This document shows, piece by piece, positions 33,707 through 39,311 of a DNA stretch of 39,311 nucleotides (positions are counted from its first letter, which is position 1; each line of letters starts with the position of its first letter). Made by a program: the position numbers and the translations under genes. The stretch is taken from NCBI GenBank assembly GCA_002269645.1, contig NIVC01001108.1, positions 62,306 to 101,616 of the forward strand. Reading direction: 5' to 3'. The notes below the pieces were generated by a model. The model did no database searches, had not been told where the DNA came from, and saw only the letters and a list, made by a program, of their open reading frames with translations. This DNA comes from Macrostomum lignano (Eukaryota).

Positions 33707-36700
33707 ATGCCTAAAAGGGGTTCCTCGTCTTTGTCGACGACGACCTCAACAACTCGTCGTCCAGGCGTTCGACGACGCGCCGCCGCAGCTGCCGCGGCCG
33801 CAGTGCTGACTGCCAATAGTCGGGCAATGGACTCTTTGTCCGCCGAGTCTTCATCAGTTAATTCCTCACTGTCTAATTCTCGTCAACCGCCGCTGAGACG
33901 CAATTTACGATTCTCAAAAAAGAAACGCCAACAAAAGCAAAGCGGCGCCGCTGCCTCTGTTGCTTCTTCTTTGGCTTCGTCTTCTGCTTTCGCGGCAATC
34001 ACCTCGTCAGACGATAGTTGTCAGGCCGTTTCGCCAGTCAAACAGTTGACAGGTAAAAAATCTCAACGTAGAAAAGCTGCGCCGTCCACATCGGAAGCGC
34101 TGCCTCCGCCGATTTTAACAGCCGCTGATCGACAACAGGTCGCAGTCCCGAGTTCGACTCCCATGCCAACTAGGCGAACTCGTCGAGCCGCTAGTAATTA
34201 TAATCTTCGCAGCCAGCAAAGTCAGCAACACGAGCGTCAGGAGTCGCTATCCCCACCCTGTCTGGAAGCTTGCGACGAAGCTGTCAATCATCTGTCATCG
34301 TCGAAGAATAACGAATCTGTTGCTACTAACGCGTTGCTCAGAGCGGCCATTGTAGCTCTGTCACCATTGTCGCCTGTTGCCGTTCTGGCCGCGTCCGCTT
34401 CTTCCGAGTTGAAGCATAGCAACGGCGCCGCCGCCTCAGCTGCATCTGCTAGAAATAGCCAACAATCGGTGGCTACTTCTGCTACTTCTGCTACTAATAG
34501 TAGCCAGCAGGATATGGCTCGCAAATTGAAACGCGTCGCTAAACGTCGTATCGAAGTTGACGCAGGCGTTGCAGCCGCTATCGCTAATCGACAACAGGAG
34601 GAGCGTGATAACAATAGTACTAATAGTAGTAGTCAACACGATGCTAGTGGCGTTCATCTCGAGACTGGCCTGTCCCCTAGCAAGCGCTGTCCTAAATTGC
34701 CAGTGAATGCTTCCGCCAATGTTGCTTTGGAAGACGACGAGAAATTATTGGACCAATCTTTGGAACAGAGCTATTGGCGACTTTATCAGCAGTGCGAATA
34801 TCGCGACTGCGTATTGCGGCTGTGCCGTCAGAGCGACTGCGTTAGGTGGGTCTGCTGCTTATAATAGATTGCACAAGAGATTTCTTTGTCTAAGAGATGC
34901 AACCAAGAGAAAGACAGGTTGTGTGCGCTGCGGAGTGGGAGTTTGAAGTCTTGAAGTTCAGGAAGAATCCTCCAGCCTGCCAATTCGGCATCTGAGGGTT
35001 GAAATTCGAGATGACAAAATTGGAAGTTGATGCGTCATGACGCACAGAATTACACTAATTGATCAGACCTAGGGTAGGCCCATCTTATCCGGGTCCGAGT
35101 CTCTGTGCGCGGTCACATCAACTAAGATACTCCTTGAGACATGTACATGGGCGCCAATTAGAAGAGCAGAGAATGGACTGTGTGAATCCTGGTGCACTTT
35201 AGGCGACATCGTCACACACAACAACCGGCCCATTCCGCCGACTCCCCTGAGCAGGCACACACTCACACAGGAGTGTACAGCGGCCCTAACTTTATTTGTG
35301 GTTAGGCATGTACACTTCATGGTTTGTCCCTCAAGCTGGGCGTTGATTGCACGAGCAGAGCCAAGCCGAGATTCCAATTTAGCCCCAAATTAGTTCTTTA
35401 GTTCTTAGATTAGGTTCTTTAATCAAATTCTTTCTCTTTCACAAACTCCAGATGGGAGGACGTCCTATCCCAGGAGATGCTGGACGGCCTGCACAAAGTT
35501 GGCGAAGGCGTCTACGGCGAGGTCTACGCCACTCGCCGCGGTCGCCAGGAGGTGGCCCTGAAACTGTTCCCTATCGAGGGCGGCCAGCTGGTGAACTGCG
35601 AACCGCAGAAAATGTTCGACGAAGTCCTGCCCGAACTGTTGATCTCTCGCAAACTGACTAACCTGGCCTATAGGTATCGGAGTAATAAAACTGGCAACTT
35701 TGTCCAGCTGCTCAATGCTAGCATTGTTCGCGGTAAACTGCACCCACGCCTGTCCGAGGAGTGGGAAGCGTTTAATGCCGGAGTTCGAGTGTCTGATAAC
35801 GAAAATCCGGAATTCCTACCGGCAAGGCAGCAGTGGCTACTGCTGGAGTACAAGTAAGTAGTATATACGTAATCTTTGTAATGTTTTCCTCGATTTTAAT
35901 TCTATGATTGTATAGCCAATGGATCATGACCCATATGTATTCAATGACTCATGACTCATATATACTCGTATTCAATGACTCACAACCCATGACCCATATA
36001 TATTCAATATTTCATGACTCATGACCCATATATATTCAATGACTCATAAATCATGACTCATGTATTCAATGACTTATAAATCATGACCCATATGTATTCA
36101 ATGACTTATAAATCATGACCCATATGTATTCAATGACTCATAAATCATGACTCATATGTATTCAATGACTCATAACCCATGACCCATATATATTCAATGA
36201 CTCATAACCCATGACCCATATATATTCAGTGACTCATAACCCATGACCCATATATATTCAGTGACTCATAATCCTTCCCCAAAAAGATTCGCGGGCTGTC
36301 CCCTGCCGGCCTTCCGTTTTGGCTGCTACGCGAGGCCCGCTCCGTGATCCTCCAGCTGGCCCTGTCTCTGGCCGCCGCCGAGTCGCAGTTCCAGTTCGAG
36401 CACCGCGACCTGCACTGGAACAATGTGCTGGTCCGCCGGTCTGGCCGGGTCAAAATCCGCTACCGAGTGGCCGATCATAATTACGCAATCAATTGCGAAG
36501 GCCTGGAAGTGGCTATCATTGATTTCACTGTTAGTCGGGTCAGCCCGGCGCCTGGCTACGTGCTTTATATTGATATGTCCGGCGACGAGGGCATCTTTGT
36601 TGGCGATGGCGACTACCAGTTTGAGGTGATCTCACTGTTTATCTATTACTAATAGTACAATGTACTGCGTTGGTTGTGTCCGTATCTGGTTATGTATTTA

Positions 36701-37648
36701 CTGTGTCTCTGTATTGACTGTGTCTCTGTCTGTATTGACTGTGTCTCTGTCTGTATTGACTGTCTCTGTCTGTATTGACTGTGTCTCTGTCTGTATTGAC
36801 TGTGTCTCTGTCTGTATTGACTGTGTCTCTGTCTGTATTGACTGTGTCTGTCTGTATTGGCTGTGTCTCTGTCTGTATTGACTGTGTCTCTGTCTGTATT
36901 GACTGTGTCTGTCTGTATTGGCTGTCTCTGTCTGTATTGACTGTGTCTCTGTCTGTATTGACTGTGTCTCTGTCTGTATTGACTGTGTCTCTGTCTGTAT
37001 TGACTGTGTCTCTGTCTGTATTGACTGTCTCTGTCTGTATTGACTGTGTCTCTGTCTGTATTGACTGTGTCTCTGTCTGTATTGACTGTGTCTCTGTCTG
37101 TATTGACTGTCTCTGTCTGTATTGACTGTGTCTCTGTCTGTATTGACTGTGTCTCTGTCTGTATTGACTGTGTCTCTGTCTGTATTGACTGTGTCTCTGT
37201 ATTGACTGCGTCTCTGTCTGTATTGGCTGTGTCTCTGTCTGTATTGGCTGTGTCTCTGTCTGTATTGCTGTGTCTCTGTATTGACTGTGTCTCTGTCTGT
37301 ATTTACTGTGTCTGTCCGTACAGACACTGAGCCTGCATCAGCACCAGTCACGCCGCTCAACACCCATCCAAAACCCACGCAGGTGTACCGAATGATGCGC
37401 CGCGACTGCGCAGACGATTGGCGCAAATTCAATCCTCGAACAAATCTGATGTGGCTGCACTACCTGCTAGATAAGCTGCTGACTTCCACCGTATTTCCAG
37501 GCGCGATCCGGACTCGCTAGCGGTGCAGTCGGAATTGGCGGCTCTGCACGACTGCCTGCTCAGCTACGACAGCTGCCAGCAGTTGGTTCGAGAGAATTTC
37601 TATTTCTTAGAAAATGCCATGGACAATGACGCGGCTGGATTGGATTAG
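33707..37648 (+). CDS. haspin: Haspin family (histone H3 Thr3) Ser/Thr kinase, ~715 aa, four exons, two apparent 1-nt frameshifts
   Basis: Exons 33707-34845, 35452-35853, 36287-36625, 37383-37648. A long basic disordered N-terminus precedes LRLCRQ..KVGEGVYGEVY, VALKLFP, QLALSLAAAESQFQFEHRDLHWNNVLV, IIDFTVSR, GDGDYQFEVYRMMR and WRKFNPRTNLMWLHYLLDKL, which are haspin-specific motifs. One base is missing near 36326 and one near 37497. Confidence 0.93.
35925..36270. repeat. ~32-bp minisatellite (CATGACCCATATATATTCAATGACTCATAACC)n, haspin intron 2
   Basis: Imperfect units built from ATGACTCAT/ATGACCCAT motifs. Confidence 0.9.
36700..37320. repeat. 21-bp minisatellite (TGTGTCTCTGTCTGTATTGAC)n, haspin intron 3
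   Basis: About 30 units, with 19-bp variants. Confidence 0.96.
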
Positions 37649-37904
37649 TAATTCAATAATCTGCTAATCTATCTAGCTGAAACTTGACTACTAAACTAAT
37701 TGTAGTTTTTAATCTACATTTAAACTTATTATTCGTTTTAAAGCGTTGGTCTTTCTATTGGCATCCTTTCAAAAATTTGTGTTTTTTTCTATTTATTTGA
37801 AAATCTCGGTGGTGCCATGCTTAGTTTTTAGTGGCATATTTTTTCTATAAGTAATATTGTAATCATTCTTACCTAATGCGAAGTAAAACCTATTTATTTG
37901 GGTT

Positions 37905-38290
37905 TTTTAAGTCCTTAGCGACGCACTGAGTCAATACTGGACTATGCTGACCCCAAACAACGAAATAAACTACACGGTTGAGGCCTTAGCAACCACGTGC
38001 ACCTTTATTAAAGTCCTTAACAGCCATGATTGCCCTAACCAGAGTCCTTAGCAACGATGAGCACCCTAACCAGAGGCCTTAGCAACCACGTGTATTTTTT
38101 CCAAAGTCCTTAGCAACCATGATTGCTTTAACCGGAGGCCTTAACAACCGTGGGTACCTAACAAGAGGCCTTGGCAACCATAAGTACCCTAACCAGAGCC
38201 CTCAGCAACGACCAATAAATGTTTAGTAGCAATATGTCACACTGGCATCTTCTGTTTTAGCGTCCCTAGCAACCCCTTTGCTTAGCAATT
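37905..38290. repeat. Degenerate ~31-bp tandem repeat (CCTTAGCAAC..CCCTAACCAGAGG)
   Basis: CCTTAGCAAC recurs at e.g. 38046 and 38077. Confidence 0.75.
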
Positions 38291-38811
38291 AGCATTTCTC
38301 TTGTGGCCTACAAATAAAATATAACACTATCCCAATCTGCTTTTTCAACCAACGTATTACTGCGAAAGACACTGCATTTCCATTCCAACTTATTTAAACA
38401 ATTTATAAAACTGTCTAAAAATTCAAATTTCAAATTGGCGCGCTTCTAGCAGTTTCAAAATTTCAATGTAAGCTCTTTCAGAGGTCTTGTTTTTTACCAT
38501 ATTCATTATTCAGTAATTTGATGCACTTTAAGTTGTAAGCCAGCTGCTATGCGTAAAATGCGATTTTTGTTAATTAAAAATATAAACATAATTATCAAAG
38601 GTTAATTGAAAGTTTTTTTAATTAATGTTTGCAGCTTTCAAATTGATTAATAAAACTATTTCAAACTGTGAGTCTCTGCTTCATTCTTTCTAAAACTCAT
38701 TGTCAGACATTTGCGATGTGAAATCGGGCAACATTTAAACACAGAATGGGTCACATCAAAATTGAGAGATAAAGTAACAAATGTTTGTGGGTGTGAAAGT
38801 GGGCATGCAGT

Positions 38812-39311
38812 CTGATCAATTAGGTTGATTGATTGATCAATTGGGTTGATTGATTGATCAATTAGGTTGATTGATTGATCAATTGGGTTGATTGATTGAT
38901 CAATTAGGTTGATTGATTGATCAATTGGGTTGATTGATTGATCAATTGGGTTGATTGATTGATCAATTGGGTGATTGATTGATCAATTAGGTTGATTGAT
39001 TGATCAATTGGGTTGATTATGATGATCAATCAGGTTGATTGATTGATCAATTGGGTTGATTGATTGATCAATTAGGTTGATTGATTGTCAATTGGGTTGA
39101 TTGATTGATCAATTGGGTTGATTGATTGATCAATTGGTTGATTGATTGATCAATTAGGTTGATTGATTGATCAATTGGGTTGATTGATTGATCAATTAGG
39201 TTGATTGATTGATCAATTGGTTGATTGATTGATCAATTAGGTTGATTGATTGATCAATTGGGTTGATTGATTGATCAATTGGGTTGATGATTGATCAATT
39301 AGGTTGATTGA
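38812..39311. repeat. 21-bp minisatellite (GATCAATTRGGTTGATTGATT)n, truncated by the window end
   Basis: About 24 near-identical units. Confidence 0.97.

Noticed and set aside
36401-36424. HRDLHWNN instead of HRDLHWGN as a sign of a dead kinase
   Set aside because: The catalytic Asp and Asn, the VALK lysine and the DFT Asp are all retained; this position can plausibly vary without loss of activity.
1-39311. CRISPR-like arrays (20-42-bp repeats)
   Set aside because: Units are head-to-tail with no unique spacers, there are no cas genes, and the context is eukaryotic.
37905-39311. Telomere or subtelomere (CCCTAA, TTAGGTT/TTGGGTT motifs)
   Set aside because: The motifs are isolated parts of 31- and 21-bp units; there is no (TTAGGG)n or (TTAGG)n run.

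Overview
Eukaryotic (animal) genomic DNA with spliced GT-AG genes, GC-rich exons carrying polyQ/A/P tracts, and AT-rich or tandem-repeat-filled introns. The style suggests a free-living flatworm such as Macrostomum, but that is only an impression. I could assemble four genes by hand with consistent splice phases: (1) a minus-strand, low-complexity Pro/Gln-rich protein (~294 aa, 3386-1379); (2) a plus-strand four-transmembrane protein (~239 aa, 5486-11216); (3) a plus-strand ~1062-aa protein with ~12 zinc fingers (13796-31639), whose 29-nt first coding exon is followed by a 9.7-kb intron; (4) a haspin kinase (33707-37648). Mobile DNA includes a near-intact IR/DR Tc1 transposon (214-bp TIRs, TA TSD, one premature stop) inserted in a 24-bp minisatellite, an internally deleted Tc1, a hAT-type MITE with an 8-bp TSD, a probable solo LTR with a 5-bp TSD, a mariner-type TIR pair enclosing a foldback-like inverted repeat, and Helitron-like pieces. 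About 20 micro/minisatellite arrays are present, and most long ORFs in the supplied track are artefacts of them. I see no CRISPR array or rRNA. I found no clearly new biological system. The most notable points are the near-intact IR/DR Tc1, the similar lengths of repeat-filled introns, minisatellite families shared between loci, and three single-base frameshifts that may be assembly errors.
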